Shown here piece after piece: positions 28,917 through 40,200 of a DNA stretch of 64,000 bases. Position numbers and translations under genes: made by a program. Below the pieces are notes generated by a model. That model did not search any database. It was not told where the DNA came from and was given only the letters and a program-made list of their open reading frames with translations. Positions within the stretch are counted from its first letter, which is position 1. The number at the start of each line of letters is the position of its first letter. The stretch spans positions 53,978 to 117,977 of the forward strand of contig CACXKV010000002.1 of assembly GCA_902768365.1 (NCBI GenBank). Reading direction: 5' to 3'. This DNA is from an uncultured Bacteroidia bacterium. Its GTDB lineage: Bacteria > Bacteroidota > Bacteroidia > Bacteroidales > UBA932.

Positions 28917-29118
28917 TGCTCCCGGTGTCCCGAAATCATGGACACCGGGAGCATTTTCATGGGGTTTTTGTCACCGGTGTCCGTAAAAATGGGACACCGG
29001 GAACACCCAGGGTTCACTGCGCCCTGCAGGGCGCACGGCGGAGGCCGGTCCGTAGGACTAAGGCCGAGAGCCGCAGGGTACATTAGGGGCAGCGCCCCTA
29101 ATAAACAGCCGTAGGCTG
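28917..29118. repeat. cluster of REP-like hairpins
   Basis: Two CCGGTGTCC..GGACACCGG hairpins, GCGCCCTGCAGGGCGC, ATTAGGGGC-AGC-GCCCCTAAT, CAGCC-GTA-GGCTG. Confidence 0.8.
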
Positions 29119-29127
29119 CGAAGCAGG

Positions 29128-30081
29128 CTACTTGCGTGCGATTGCCTTCTTCGCCGCTCCGGCGATATGCGCTGCATCCAGCCCGTAGGCAGCCATCAGC
29201 TCGGCAGGAGTGCCGCTCTGGCCGAACTTATCCCCACCGTTGATGAACTCGATGGGAGCGGGCTTGCCGCCGGCAACGACGGATGCGATGGCCTCGGAAA
29301 GGCCTCCGAAGGCATTGTGCTCCTCGGCAACCACCACGGCGCCGGTCTTGCCGACCGACTCCAGGATAGCGGCTGCATCCAGGGGCTTCACGGTCGCCAC
29401 GTTCAGCACCTCGGCGCTGATTCCCTCTGCCTCGAGGGCCTCGGCGGCCTGCAGGGCCTCCCATACCAGATGGCCGGTGGCAACCAGGGTCACGTCCTTA
29501 CCAGGATTCAGGTTGTAGACCTTGCCTATCTCGAAGGGCTCGTCCGGATCGGTGAAATTGGGCACGGAAGGGCGGCCGAAACGAAGATAGACGGGGCCCA
29601 CCATACGCGCTGCGGCCAGAGTGGCCTGCACGGTCTGGTTGTAGTCGCAGGGCACAAGCACGGTCATGCCGGGCAGGGCGCGCATCAGGGCCAGGTCTTC
29701 CATGGTCTGGTGCGTGGCGCCATCTTCACCAAGGGTTATTCCCGCGTGGGAAGAAGCGAGCTTGACGTTGGTGTTGCCGTAGGATACTTCCTGACGCACC
29801 TGGTCGTACACGCGGCCGGTCACGAACTCGGCGAAGGAGCCGCAGAAAGGCACTTTGCCGGTAAGGGCGAGGCCGGCTGCGACGCCTACCATGTTGGCTT
29901 CCGCGATGCCGCACTCAATGAATCTTTCGGGGAATTCCTCGGCAAAGGCATCCATCTTCAAGGAGCCTTTAAGGTCTGCAGCGAGGGCAACCACATCGGG
30001 GTTCTCACGCCCGGCCAGCACGAGGCCTGCGCCGAATCCGCTGCGGGTATCTTTCTTTCCGGAATCTGTATACTTCTTCAT
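29128..30081 (-). CDS. transketolase, C-terminal subunit
   Basis: GIAEANM, GEDGATHQ, PVYLRFGR, EEH. Confidence 0.93.
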   Translation of the reverse strand: MKKYTDSGKKDTRSGFGAGLVLAGRENPDVVALAADLKGSLKMDAFAEEFPERFIECGIAEANMVGVAAGLALTGKVPFCGSFAEFVTGRVYDQVRQEVSYGNTNVKLASSHAGITLGEDGATHQTMEDLALMRALPGMTVLVPCDYNQTVQATLAAARMVGPVYLRFGRPSVPNFTDPDEPFEIGKVYNLNPGKDVTLVATGHLVWEALQAAEALEAEGISAEVLNVATVKPLDAAAILESVGKTGAVVVAEEHNAFGGLSEAIASVVAGGKPAPIEFINGGDKFGQSGTPAELMAAYGLDAAHIAGAAKKAIARK

Positions 30082-30082
30082 A

Positions 30083-30922
30083 CTAGTAATCTCCTAAGGT
30101 TTCTTTGAGCTGCTCCAGCGCCTGTGCGCACTGCTCTGCGCTGGGAGCCTTTCCATGCCATTTGTGACTGCCGGCCATAAAGTCCACTCCGTGGCCCATT
30201 TCGGTCTTGAAGAGGATCATCTTAGGCTTGCCATTAGCCTTGCGGGCAAGCTGGAATGCGTTCAGGATAGACTCGAAGTCGTGTCCGTCGGCCACGATCA
30301 CATCCCATCCGAACGCCAGCCACTTCTCGTTCAGCTCCTCGATGCCGGTAACGGTCTCGATGGGGCCGTCGATCTGCATGCCGTTCCAGTCGGTCATTGC
30401 CACCAGGTTGTCCAGCTTGTGATGGAGGGCGAACATTGCCGCCTCCCATATCTGTCCTTCCTCGCTCTCGCCGTCGCCGCAGAGGACGAAGGCGCGGTTG
30501 GGATCTCCGCTCAGCTTTTTGCCGAGGGCTATGCCCGCAGCGGCGGAAAGGCCCTGTCCGAGGGATCCGGAGGGCTGGAAGATACCCTTGATGTGTCCTA
30601 CGCAGGGATGCCCCTGGAGATTGCTTCCGAACTTGCGGAGGGTGCCCATCTCCTTGGGATCATAGTAGCCGGCGCGGGCCAGGACCGAGTAGTACACCGG
30701 AGCCAGATGCCCGGCGGAGAGGATGAATGCATCCTGCCCCTTGGCGTCGCGCGTCCAGGTCTCGGGATCCTGGTTCATTTCGTTGAAATAGAGGGCAGTA
30801 AGGATGTCGGTACTGCTCATGGATCCTCCCGGATGGCCGGATTTGGCGGCCGTCACCATCCGCACAATGTCTCGGCGGACCTGGGAGGCGATGTCGGTTA
30901 GTTCCTGAATGTTCTTCTTCAT
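30083..30922 (-). CDS. transketolase, N-terminal subunit
   Basis: SGHPGGS, LQGHP, GSLGQG, GDGE..EGQIWEA. Confidence 0.93.
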   Translation of the reverse strand: MKKNIQELTDIASQVRRDIVRMVTAAKSGHPGGSMSSTDILTALYFNEMNQDPETWTRDAKGQDAFILSAGHLAPVYYSVLARAGYYDPKEMGTLRKFGSNLQGHPCVGHIKGIFQPSGSLGQGLSAAAGIALGKKLSGDPNRAFVLCGDGESEEGQIWEAAMFALHHKLDNLVAMTDWNGMQIDGPIETVTGIEELNEKWLAFGWDVIVADGHDFESILNAFQLARKANGKPKMILFKTEMGHGVDFMAGSHKWHGKAPSAEQCAQALEQLKETLGDY

Positions 30923-30947
30923 ATCTTGCTTTGATAGATAATTCCGG

Positions 30948-31844
30948 TTAGCGCTTGGCCTGGGCCTTGACGGCCTTGATGGCCACCTTCTGCATTAGGG
31001 CGGCCTCCTTGTCGGTCACTTCGTTATCGGTGCCGGCATTGCGGAAGCTGTTGCCCTTCACGCTCACGCCCGTGCAGGGCTTGATCAGGGTCTCGAACCA
31101 CACGCATGCGGTGAGATAGCGGCCATACTTGTAGTCCATGTGGAAGCCGTCGCGGGTGAGTTCCTTCTCGGTCTTGAGGGAGGTGCCGCGCATCAGCTGC
31201 ACTGCCGGGCCGCTGGGGATTACCACGGGGATGTTGAACTGCTTCCGGGCCTTGTCTACGCAGATCTGGATGCTGTCGAACATGTACTGCTGGTCGTATG
31301 CGTAGTTGGCGAAATTGCGGTTGGTGTAGGTGCTTGCGTATGCCCAGGTCTGATGCCATACTATGGCCGCCTTGGGGTTGGAGCAGTTGGCGCGCACGAT
31401 CTCTATCAGCTTGCCCAGCCAGGGGTCGTAGCTGTCCCAGCGGCCGCTCTTGGGAGAGCCCTGCTGCATGGTGATGATGTCCCAGGGTTCATCCCCTACG
31501 CCATCCATGAAGGAGCCCTGCTTGTATTTCTTGATGGTCTCCCACTTGTTCTTGGTAGACTTTAGGTAGACGTATTCGTGGCCGTTGGTCTCGAACTCCT
31601 TGCAGTGGCGCTCCAGGGTGCATCCGCCAATGTAGAGGCGGCCCAGGATCACGTTATGGATGCCTGCGGCCTCCAGAAGGTCCGGCAGATACTGGGTGGC
31701 ATCGTCCGAGAAGGAGTTGCCTATTGCGAGGATGCGGAGGGTGTCGGGATTGCTGGGAAGCGGATTGTTGGGATACTTTTCCTGTGCGGAAAGCGCGAAG
31801 GCCGCGGCCAGCAGCACGGCAATAGCGAAGAGGATACGTTTCAT
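30948..31844 (-). CDS. DUF4886 / SGNH-hydrolase-like secreted protein
   Basis: ILAIGNSFS, LYIGGC, WDIITMQQ, HQTWAY, RDGFH. Confidence 0.8.
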   Translation of the reverse strand: MKRILFAIAVLLAAAFALSAQEKYPNNPLPSNPDTLRILAIGNSFSDDATQYLPDLLEAAGIHNVILGRLYIGGCTLERHCKEFETNGHEYVYLKSTKNKWETIKKYKQGSFMDGVGDEPWDIITMQQGSPKSGRWDSYDPWLGKLIEIVRANCSNPKAAIVWHQTWAYASTYTNRNFANYAYDQQYMFDSIQICVDKARKQFNIPVVIPSGPAVQLMRGTSLKTEKELTRDGFHMDYKYGRYLTACVWFETLIKPCTGVSVKGNSFRNAGTDNEVTDKEAALMQKVAIKAVKAQAKR

Positions 31845-31866
31845 AATTCCTATATTTCTTGTAAAG

Positions 31867-32622
31867 TTAGCAAAAAGATGCGGGAACTACAACAATCGAT
31901 AACTCGTAAAGCAGATACAACGGGAGGAACACCACCATCAGGGTGAAAGGGTCCCCCGTAGGAGTGATGAGCGCGGCAAGCACCAGCAGCACCACCACTG
32001 CGTAGCGTCGCCAGCCCCGGAGCATCCCCCGGTTCACCACCCCCAGCTTGCCGAGCAGCCAGCTCAGCGAAGGCAGCTCGAACACCAGCCCCATCACGAA
32101 CACCATGCTCAGCAGAGTGCTCATGTAGCTGTTCAGCGATATCTGGTTCACTATATCCTCGGACACCCGGTAAGAGGTGAGGAACTTGAAGATGATGGGA
32201 AAGACCACCACATAGCCCACCAGGCAGCCCAGATAGAAGAGCCCCGTGCCGCCGAGGAAGGCCCCGCGCACTCCGGGCACCTCGCGCTGATAGAGGGCCG
32301 GGCGCACAAACACCCAGATCTGGTACATCAGATAAGGGAAAACCAACAGCAGGGCCATCCACATGCTCACGCTGATATGGGTCATGAACTGCGAGGCCAC
32401 GTTTATGTTGATTATATTGACGTCCTCCCCCGGGCCATATACGAAACCCAGTGCGCGGTACAGGAAGAAATCCGCATGGGCTGGCCCGAGAATCACGCTA
32501 TCGAAAATATGCGGCAGGGCGATGAAGCACCCCACCAGCATAATCACGAAAGCGATGACCACCCGCAGCAGGCACCAGCGAAGCGCCTCCAGATGATCCC
32601 AGAAGGACATCTCCTCCCCCAT
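31867..32622 (-). CDS. tatC: twin-arginine translocase TatC
   Basis: MSFWDHLEALR, FELP, AALITPTGDPFT. Confidence 0.95.
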   Translation of the reverse strand: MGEEMSFWDHLEALRWCLLRVVIAFVIMLVGCFIALPHIFDSVILGPAHADFFLYRALGFVYGPGEDVNIININVASQFMTHISVSMWMALLLVFPYLMYQIWVFVRPALYQREVPGVRGAFLGGTGLFYLGCLVGYVVVFPIIFKFLTSYRVSEDIVNQISLNSYMSTLLSMVFVMGLVFELPSLSWLLGKLGVVNRGMLRGWRRYAVVVLLVLAALITPTGDPFTLMVVFLPLYLLYELSIVVVPASFC

Positions 32623-32825
32623 TATTCCTCAGACTTTACCTCGTTGTCGATGTCTTTGATTTCCTTCTCCACATCCTTCATCCCTTCCTTGAAGCTCTTG
32701 ACGCCCTTTCCGAGGCCTTTCATGAGTTCGGGAATCTTCTTGCCGCCGAAGAGCAGCAGCACTACGAAGGCGATGATGAGAACTTCCCAAATGCCGAAGT
32801 TCTGGAACAGTAACAGATTCTTCAT
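32622..32825 (-). CDS. tatA: twin-arginine translocase TatA
   Basis: [24 protein letters not shown]. Confidence 0.95.
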   Translation of the reverse strand: MKNLLLFQNFGIWEVLIIAFVVLLLFGGKKIPELMKGLGKGVKSFKEGMKDVEKEIKDIDNEVKSEE

Positions 32826-32858
32826 ATTATAGGGCGCCGGACCGGCCGGCATCAAAAA

Positions 32859-34640
32859 TTAATCCAGTTTCAAAACTGCCATGAAGGCACTCTGGGGCAC
32901 CTGCACCTTGCCTATCTGGCGCATACGCTTCTTGCCCTCCTTCTGCTTCTCGAGCAGCTTGCGCTTGCGGGTCACGTCGCCGCCGTAGCACTTGGCGGTC
33001 ACATCCTTGCGCACCTGCTTCACCGTTTCGCGGGCGATTATCTTGGCCCCGATGGCCGCCTGCACGGGGATGTCGAACTGCTGGCGGGGGATCAGGTCCT
33101 TCAGCTTCACGCACATCTTCCGCCCGAAATCGTAGGCATTGTCCTCGTGGATGAGGGTGGAGAGGGCATCCGCCGGCTCGCCGTTCAGCAGTATATCCAG
33201 CTTCACCAGGCGCGCGCTGCGATAGCCTATAATGTGGTAGTCGAAGGAGGCATAACCCTTCGAGATGCTCTTGAGCTTGTCGTAGAAGTCGAACACTATC
33301 TCCGAAAGGGGCATGTCGTAGTTGAGCTCCACCCGGTCGGAAGTGATGTAGTGCTGGCTCACCAGGGTGCCGCGCTTGTCGAGGCAGAGCTTCATCACCG
33401 GCCCGAAGAATTCGGCCTTGGAGATTATCTGGGCACGGATGAACGGCTCTTCGATGTGGTCGATCAGAGTAGGGGCGGGCAGGCCGGACGGGTTGTGCAC
33501 GTCCAGGCATTCCCCCTGGGTGGTGTAGACCTTGTAGCTCACGTTCGGCACGGTGGTGATCACATCCATGTCGAACTCGCGGAAGAGGCGCTCCTGCACT
33601 ATCTCGAGGTGCAGCAGGCCGAGGAATCCGCAGCGGAAACCGCTTCCCAGTGCGAGGGAACTCTCCGGCTCGTAGACGAAGGACGCGTCGTTCAGCTGGA
33701 ACTTCTCCAGCACGGCCCGCAGCTCTTCGAATTTATCTGCCTGCACGGGGTACATGCCCGCGAACACCATGGGTTTCACCTCCTCGAATCCGGCGATGGC
33801 CTCGGCGCAGGGGTTCTCCTTGTCGGTGATGGTGTCGCCCACCTTCACCTCCGCGGCACTCTTGATGCCGCAGATGACATAGCCCACGTCCCCGCAGCCT
33901 ATCTCCTGGGTGGGCACAAGTTTCATCCTGAGTATCCCCAGCTCCTCCGCAACATAGTCCTGCCCGGTGTTGAAGAACTTCACCTGCTGGCCCCTGCGGA
34001 GGGTGCCGTTCTTGATCTTGAAGTAGGCGATGACCCCGCGGAAGGGGTTGAAGACCGAGTCGAAGATGAGGGCTTGGAGCGGTGCCTCCGGATCCCCTAC
34101 CGGGGCGGGGATGCGCTCGATGATAGCATCCAGGATGGGCTGCACACCTTCGCCGGTGCGGGCGGAGATGCGGAAGATGTCCTCCGGATCGCAGCCGATG
34201 AGGTCCACGATCTGGTCCGCCACCACATCCGGCTGCGCGGAATCCATATCTATCTTATTGAGCACGGGAATGATCTCGAGCCCATGGTCTATGGCCTGAT
34301 AGAGATTCGCAATCGTCTGAGCCTGAACACCTTGCGATGCGTCCACTACCAGCAGCGCGCCTTCGCAAGAGGCGATGGAGCGCGAGACTTCGTAGCTGAA
34401 GTCCACGTGGCCGGGAGTGTCGATCAGGTTGAGGATGTGGCCCTTGTACTGCATCTGGATGGCGTGGCTCTTGATGGTGATGCCCTTCTCGCGCTCCAGG
34501 TCCATGTCGTCCAGCACCTGCGCCTCCATATCCCGCTCACTCAGAGTCTGGGTGAGCTCGAGCAGACGGTCGGCCAGGGTGGATTTACCGTGGTCGATGT
34601 GCGCGATGATGCAGAAATTGCGTATGCGGTCCATTGTCAT
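32859..34640 (-). CDS. lepA: translation elongation factor 4
   Basis: [43 protein letters not shown]. Confidence 0.98.
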   Translation of the reverse strand: MTMDRIRNFCIIAHIDHGKSTLADRLLELTQTLSERDMEAQVLDDMDLEREKGITIKSHAIQMQYKGHILNLIDTPGHVDFSYEVSRSIASCEGALLVVDASQGVQAQTIANLYQAIDHGLEIIPVLNKIDMDSAQPDVVADQIVDLIGCDPEDIFRISARTGEGVQPILDAIIERIPAPVGDPEAPLQALIFDSVFNPFRGVIAYFKIKNGTLRRGQQVKFFNTGQDYVAEELGILRMKLVPTQEIGCGDVGYVICGIKSAAEVKVGDTITDKENPCAEAIAGFEEVKPMVFAGMYPVQADKFEELRAVLEKFQLNDASFVYEPESSLALGSGFRCGFLGLLHLEIVQERLFREFDMDVITTVPNVSYKVYTTQGECLDVHNPSGLPAPTLIDHIEEPFIRAQIISKAEFFGPVMKLCLDKRGTLVSQHYITSDRVELNYDMPLSEIVFDFYDKLKSISKGYASFDYHIIGYRSARLVKLDILLNGEPADALSTLIHEDNAYDFGRKMCVKLKDLIPRQQFDIPVQAAIGAKIIARETVKQVRKDVTAKCYGGDVTRKRKLLEKQKEGKKRMRQIGKVQVPQSAFMAVLKLD

Positions 34641-34725
34641 AGAAAGCAAAGATAGCAATTTCTTGCGAAACTGCTATCTTTGCTTTCCTTATTACCCTCC
34701 CTCGCTCCGCTCGGATACGAACGGA

Positions 34726-34956
34726 CTACGGAACAGGATCATAACCACTTCCACCCCAGGGATGGCAGCGCAGGATGCGCTTGAGCGAGAGCCAGAAGCC
34801 CTTCAGCGGGCCATACTTGCGGAAGGCCTCCAGGGCGTACTGGCTGCAGGTGGGGGTGAAGCGGCAGGTGGGGGGCTTGAGTGGCGAGATGCACAGCTGA
34901 TAGAATTTTATCAGCAGGATGAACGGTGCGGCCAGTATTTTCTTCAGCCACTTCAT
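34726..34956 (-). CDS. yidD: membrane protein insertion efficiency factor
   Basis: [27 protein letters not shown]. Confidence 0.95.
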   Translation of the reverse strand: MKWLKKILAAPFILLIKFYQLCISPLKPPTCRFTPTCSQYALEAFRKYGPLKGFWLSLKRILRCHPWGGSGYDPVP

Positions 34957-35390
34957 GATTGTACACGTTCGAGTATTGCCGCCACCTCCGCACTTATGGT
35001 CGCGAAATCCGCAATCTCCGGAGAATTATACTGGAATAGAATATCCACCCCCGCAATCTTCCGCACCCGGTACGCCTCGCGGATCCGCCGCTTCAGCAGA
35101 TTCCGCTTCACCGCCCGCTTGAAAAACCTCTTCGGCACAGATATCAGTATCCGGCCTGCCCGCTCGCTGCCGGATACAGCAGCCTGGTCGGCAGTGCCGT
35201 TCACGGAAGTTTTTTGAGTGGGCTGGTGCTGAGCAGGAGGCGTGCAACCCTCCTGCGAACCCCCGGCAGCAAGCCAGCAGTAGCGGAAATGCCCCAACGC
35301 CCCCCATCGGCCATCGGCGAGAAGGGCAGCAATCGACTTCTTGCCGGACAGCCGCTCGGATTTACCCAGCGTGTTGCCCACCGAAGCCAT
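34953..35390 (-). CDS. rnpA: ribonuclease P protein component (with in-frame repeat insertion)
   Basis: [33 protein letters not shown]; adjacent to yidD. Confidence 0.9.
   Translation of the reverse strand: MASVGNTLGKSERLSGKKSIAALLADGRWGALGHFRYCWLAAGGSQEGCTPPAQHQPTQKTSVNGTADQAAVSGSERAGRILISVPKRFFKRAVKRNLLKRRIREAYRVRKIAGVDILFQYNSPEIADFATISAEVAAILERVQS
35190..35229. repeat. palindromic element family A (partial, inside rnpA)
   Basis: AGTGCCGTTCACGGAAGTTTTTTGAGTG identical to 40758-40785. Confidence 0.85.
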
Positions 35391-35392
35391 AA

Positions 35393-36127
35393 CTATTTGT
35401 TCTGCTGAAGATAAAGCTCAATAGCCCTGGCCACCGAAGGAGCCTCCGGAGTAGGACCTTTGATATCGATGGAAAGCCCGGCCTCCTCCATGGCAGGCAC
35501 GATACTCTTCCCCCATCCGGCGAACTTGATGCCCCCCTGCTTGAAAGAAGGGAAATTCTCCAACAGGCTCTTGACATCCGCCTGATTGTAAAGGGCGATG
35601 ATATCGTAGCTGGAGAGATCCAGATCGTGAAGGTCCTGCGTAACGCTCTTGACGAGTTCGGCCTCACTGTAATCCAGACCTGCCTTCGCCAGAAGGGAGG
35701 TCATGGCATCGGCACTGGCGCCTGCAGACTTGGTGACAAGGAACTTCTCCCCCTTATGCTTGGGGCCTATCAGCGCAACAACCGAAGAAGGGGTGCCGTC
35801 GCCGAAGAAAATTTTACGTTTGCGGTAAACTATGTGCTTCTGCAGATAGTTAGCCACCAGTTCGGTGGAGCAGAAATATTTCATGGTCTCGGGGACCTTG
35901 AAACGGAGCTCTTCTGCAAGTTTGAAGTAAGCGTCTATGGCATGGCGAGAAGAGAAAATAACGGCGGTATAGTCCGGGAGATTGATTCTCTGGTCGCGGA
36001 ACTCGCGGGAACTGAGCGCTTCTATCTTAAAGAAAGGACGGAACTCCAGTTCTGCTTCATATGCACCCTGCAGGGTTTCGTAGGCAGTCATCTTTGAAGG
36101 CGCCTGCTGTGATATAAGAATCCTCAT
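35393..36127 (-). CDS. hemD: uroporphyrinogen-III synthase family
   Basis: ILISQ, FRPF, YTAVIFSSRHAID, YLQKHIVYRKRKIF; located in the DUF4271-hemD-rnpA-yidD block. Confidence 0.8.
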   Translation of the reverse strand: MRILISQQAPSKMTAYETLQGAYEAELEFRPFFKIEALSSREFRDQRINLPDYTAVIFSSRHAIDAYFKLAEELRFKVPETMKYFCSTELVANYLQKHIVYRKRKIFFGDGTPSSVVALIGPKHKGEKFLVTKSAGASADAMTSLLAKAGLDYSEAELVKSVTQDLHDLDLSSYDIIALYNQADVKSLLENFPSFKQGGIKFAGWGKSIVPAMEEAGLSIDIKGPTPEAPSVARAIELYLQQNK

Positions 36128-36144
36128 AAATGTCAAATTCGCTT

Positions 36145-36846
36145 CTACAAAATCAACGCGGAAGCGACTAGCGCTCCGGCCGGTAGAAATTCAAGCCCGC
36201 AAAGGTACAAAAAAGTTGTGAATCCACCGCATTTTTGTTGTAAAATCTGCCCTTCACGAACGGCGGACAGCAACCACAAAGCGGCAAGTTCCACACTGAT
36301 TACCAGGCGGATAGCCTCGTCGGAGGCCTTGAACATATAGAGGATGCTGATGCTGAGCATCATCAGGATGGCGAAGCAGATAAAATAGTTGAGAATCCCG
36401 CGTGTGAGGGCACGCGTGGAATCCGAATCCAGCCTCAACCTGCGTCCCGGCAGGAGGGCATGCATGATGCGCCGGAAGATGAGGAAAGCCAGCACCACTC
36501 CGGCGAGTTCCCCGAAGTGCAGCCACGGCTCGGCCCATCCGGCCAGGAAGGCCGCATCATAGAGGCAATAACGGTCCGCCGCCACCAGGAAGGGCACGGC
36601 CAGCACGCGTGCGCAGAGATTCCGGGAGCGGGCGGTGCTCACACTGTGCTCAACCTCTATGTTTCCCCTGCTGCGGACCAGGCATCCCATCATGGCCGGC
36701 ATGAGTTTATATAGTTCGGGAAGGATAATAAGAATGAGGGCGGCACAGGCTATGAGCATCCAGGCATGCACCGGGGCATCCGCCCAGGCCGCAGGCAGTG
36801 CCGCGGCCGGACGCTCCAAACTCAGGTGCAGTGTGCCGAAATCCAT
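36145..36846 (-). CDS. DUF4271-like membrane protein
   Basis: Multiple TM segments, FLYLCGLEFLP C-terminal motif, gene context. Confidence 0.7.
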   Translation of the reverse strand: MDFGTLHLSLERPAAALPAAWADAPVHAWMLIACAALILIILPELYKLMPAMMGCLVRSRGNIEVEHSVSTARSRNLCARVLAVPFLVAADRYCLYDAAFLAGWAEPWLHFGELAGVVLAFLIFRRIMHALLPGRRLRLDSDSTRALTRGILNYFICFAILMMLSISILYMFKASDEAIRLVISVELAALWLLSAVREGQILQQKCGGFTTFLYLCGLEFLPAGALVASALIL

Positions 36847-36847
36847 C

Positions 36848-37195
36848 TCAGTTACCGCGTTTGGCGTTATATCCCATCGTGGTGAGGAGAGCTACAAGCT
36901 TGTCCCTCAGATCCCCCTGTATGGTTATTTCTCCGTCTTTGGCCGTGCCGCCTACCCCGCATTTTGTCTTGAGGGCCTTGGCCAGGGCGGCAAGATCCTC
37001 GTTTTTGCCCACGAAGCCCTTCACCAGCGTCACCTGCTTGCCGGCACGCTGGCGGCGGTCGATGGCCACTATGAGGCGCTGCTTGGCGGGCGGAAGGGTG
37101 TCCGGCTCAACCGTTGCCGCGGTCTGGTATTGAAAGTCCGGATTGGTGGAATAAACCACCCCCAGACGCTGCTTCCAGTCGTTGTCGTTCTTCAT
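36848..37195 (-). CDS. SUI1/YciH translation initiation factor
   Basis: VVYSTNPDF, RAGKQVT, LKTKCGVGG, IQGD. Confidence 0.92.
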   Translation of the reverse strand: MKNDNDWKQRLGVVYSTNPDFQYQTAATVEPDTLPPAKQRLIVAIDRRQRAGKQVTLVKGFVGKNEDLAALAKALKTKCGVGGTAKDGEITIQGDLRDKLVALLTTMGYNAKRGN

Positions 37196-37242
37196 AAATG
37201 CAAATATAGTCATTTCGCGGGAAATGACTATATTTGTAAGCT

Positions 37243-40200
37243 ATGACAGAAAAGAAGTTCAAACTGTGGAACAGGATAGCCGCGGCTTTCGCTTTCGTGG
37301 TATCCGCGTTCACATACCTCAGCACCATAGAGCCCACCGCATCCTTCTGGGACTGCGGCGAGTTCATCGCATCTTCATATAAACTCGAAGTCGGGCATCC
37401 TCCGGGAAACCCCACCTTCCAGGTGCTCGCGCGCATTTTCACCCTCTTCGGGGACAATATGCACGCCGCGGTGCTGGTGAACGCCATGAGCGCACTGTGC
37501 TCGGCCCTTACCATCCTATTCCTCTACCTTACCATAGTCTGGTTCGCAAAGAGGATGACTAAACGGCTGTCTGTTGCCGTGATCGGCTCCGGCCTCGTGG
37601 GAGCCCTCGCCTACTGCTTCTCAGACACATTCTGGTTCTCCGCAGTCGAAGGCGAAGTCTACGCCATGAGCTCGCTCGTCACCGCCCTCGTCTTCTGGAT
37701 TATGACCCTCTGGTACGACAGGGCCGACGAGCCTCACGCCAACCGCTGGATCGTGCTGATAGCCTTCATCATGGGCCTCAGCATAGGCATCCATCTGCTT
37801 AACCTGCTCATGATCCCCGCCCTGGTGTTCATGTTCTACTACCGCCGGCGCGAAGACGGCCCCTTCACCGTCAAGGAGCTCTTCAAGATCCTTCTCATCG
37901 GCGGAGCCATCCTCGGGATCATGGTGTTCATGGTCATCCCCTGGCTGCCCAAGATAGCCGCATACGTGGATCTCTTCTTCGTGAACGTGCTCGGCCTGCC
38001 CTACAACAGCGGTGCCGCCTTCTTCCTGGTGGCGGTGCTGGGTCTCTGCTTCTGGGGCCTCTTCCGCACCCTGGACAAGGGAAAGGTGTTCTGGAACACC
38101 GCCCTGCTGTGCCTCACCACCATCATCGTGGGCTTCTCCATCTTCAGCGTGGATATCATCCGCTCCTGCGCCAAGACCCCTACGAACGAGTACCAGCCGG
38201 ACAATGCCTTCACTTTGGTGCGCTACCTCACCCGTGAGCAGTACGGCAGCACCCCGCTCGTCTACGGGCAGTACTACGACGCGCCCTTCCAGGTGAAGGA
38301 AAACAAGTACTGGACCCCTCTGGACGGCAAGTACAAGAAGGTGGACGGCCCCGGCGAGGCTAAGTACGATGCCTCCGGCAAGATGCTCTTCCCCCGCATG
38401 TGGAGCGGTGTGGATCCCCAGAGCAAGGATATTTACAAGATATACACCCGCGGCAAGGGAAAGAAGATCAAGGGGGCCTCATCGCCCAAGCCTAGCATGG
38501 GCGCGAACCTCGCCTACTTCTTCGACTTCCAGCTGGGATGGATGTACTGGCGCTACTTCATGTGGAACTTCGCAGGGCGCCAGAACGATGTGCACAGCCC
38601 CTCCCCGGGCAACATCTTCCACGGCAACTGGGAGAGCGGCATCAAGGTCCTGGACGACTGGAGGCTGGGAGACCAGAGCAATGCTCCCTCCGTGCTCGCC
38701 GACAATAAAGGCAAGAACCACTACTATCTCCTCCCCTTCCTCCTGGGCCTGATAGGGCTTTTCTTCCAGTTCGGGAAGGATAAGCGTGGATGCTGGCTGA
38801 ACTTCTTGATGTTCTTCATGACCGGCATAGCGGTGGTTATCTACCTCAACATGCCCCCGTTCCAGGTGCGCGAGAGGGATTATGCCTTCGCGGGATCCTT
38901 CTACTTCTTTACCGTGTGGATAGGCCTCGGCGTGCTCGGCCTCTACGACCTCGTGGACGAGACCCTCAACAGGAAATTCAGCACTTCGCTGGGCGCTTTC
39001 CTCACCGCGGTCTGCCTCTGCGTGCCCGCACTGATGGCAGCCGAGAACTGGGACGACCACGACCGTTCCGGCCGCCGTACCGCACCCGAACTCGGAGCCA
39101 ACTACCTCAAGTCCGTCGGCCCCCAGGGCGTGCTCGTGACCCATGGCGACAACGACACCTTCCCTCTCTGGTATGCCCAGGAGGTGGAGAATGTGCGCAC
39201 AGACGTGCGCATCGCCAACACATCGCTTCTCGGCACCGACTGGCACATAGACCAGATGAAGTGGGCCTGCAACGAGAGCAAGCCCCTGCCTCTGACGGTG
39301 GGCCCGGAGCAGTATCTCTACGGCACCAACGAATACATCCCCATCTACGATCAGCGCGGCCGCGTGATGAGTATCGCAGATGTGATGACCCTCTTCAAGC
39401 ACCCTCAGGTGAAGGTGCAGATGAGTTCCGGCCGCAGGTACGATTACATCGCTTCCCGCAAGATATCGGTTCCCGTGAACAAGGAGAACGCTCTGGCGAG
39501 CGGGATAGTGCCTCCGGCGATGGCCGGCCGCATAGCAGATACCATAGTCCTGGAGATTCCTGCCAACAAAGACTACCTCACCAAGCCCGAGCTCTTCGTG
39601 CTGGACTTCCTTTCCAACTATCAGTGGGACAGGCCCTTCAACGTGCTCAGTAACGGTGGAGACATTAATATAGGCATCAAGGACTATCTGATGAGCGACG
39701 GCTTCTCGGCCAAGCTGGTGCCGTTCAAGAACCGGCCTTCCTCCAGTTCCTTCGGACTGGTGGATCCGGACGAGCTCTGGCACTACATGACCGAAGTCTA
39801 CTCTTTCGATGCCCTGAAGGCTCCGGGCTGGTTCGTGGACTACCAGAACTGCTATACTTTCCTGGCAGTGATGGGAATACGCAGCCTGCACGTGAACTGC
39901 GCCAGTTCCTTCCTGGGATGCGGCCAGCCTGAGCGTGCCCTGGCGATGCTGGACCAGAGCGAGGCTGCCATGGTCAACTTCCCCGTCTGCTCCATCCCTC
40001 TTGGATTCAGCGGCAACGACTACATGGTGGTGAAGACCGTGGATCTGTACTATAAACTGGGGCATGGCGAGAAGGGTCGCGAGCTGGCCGTGAAGTATGC
40101 CGACGAGGTGCTTGCCGCCGCCGCTTTCTATCTTCAGTTCTATGCCTTTGCCGAGGATGAATTCGAGCTCTGCGGCAACTATATCTACTATCTGTCCGAC

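Noticed and set aside
29128-30922. Split transketolase as a frameshifted pseudogene
   Set aside because: Two-gene transketolases are common, and both halves have proper starts, stops and motifs.
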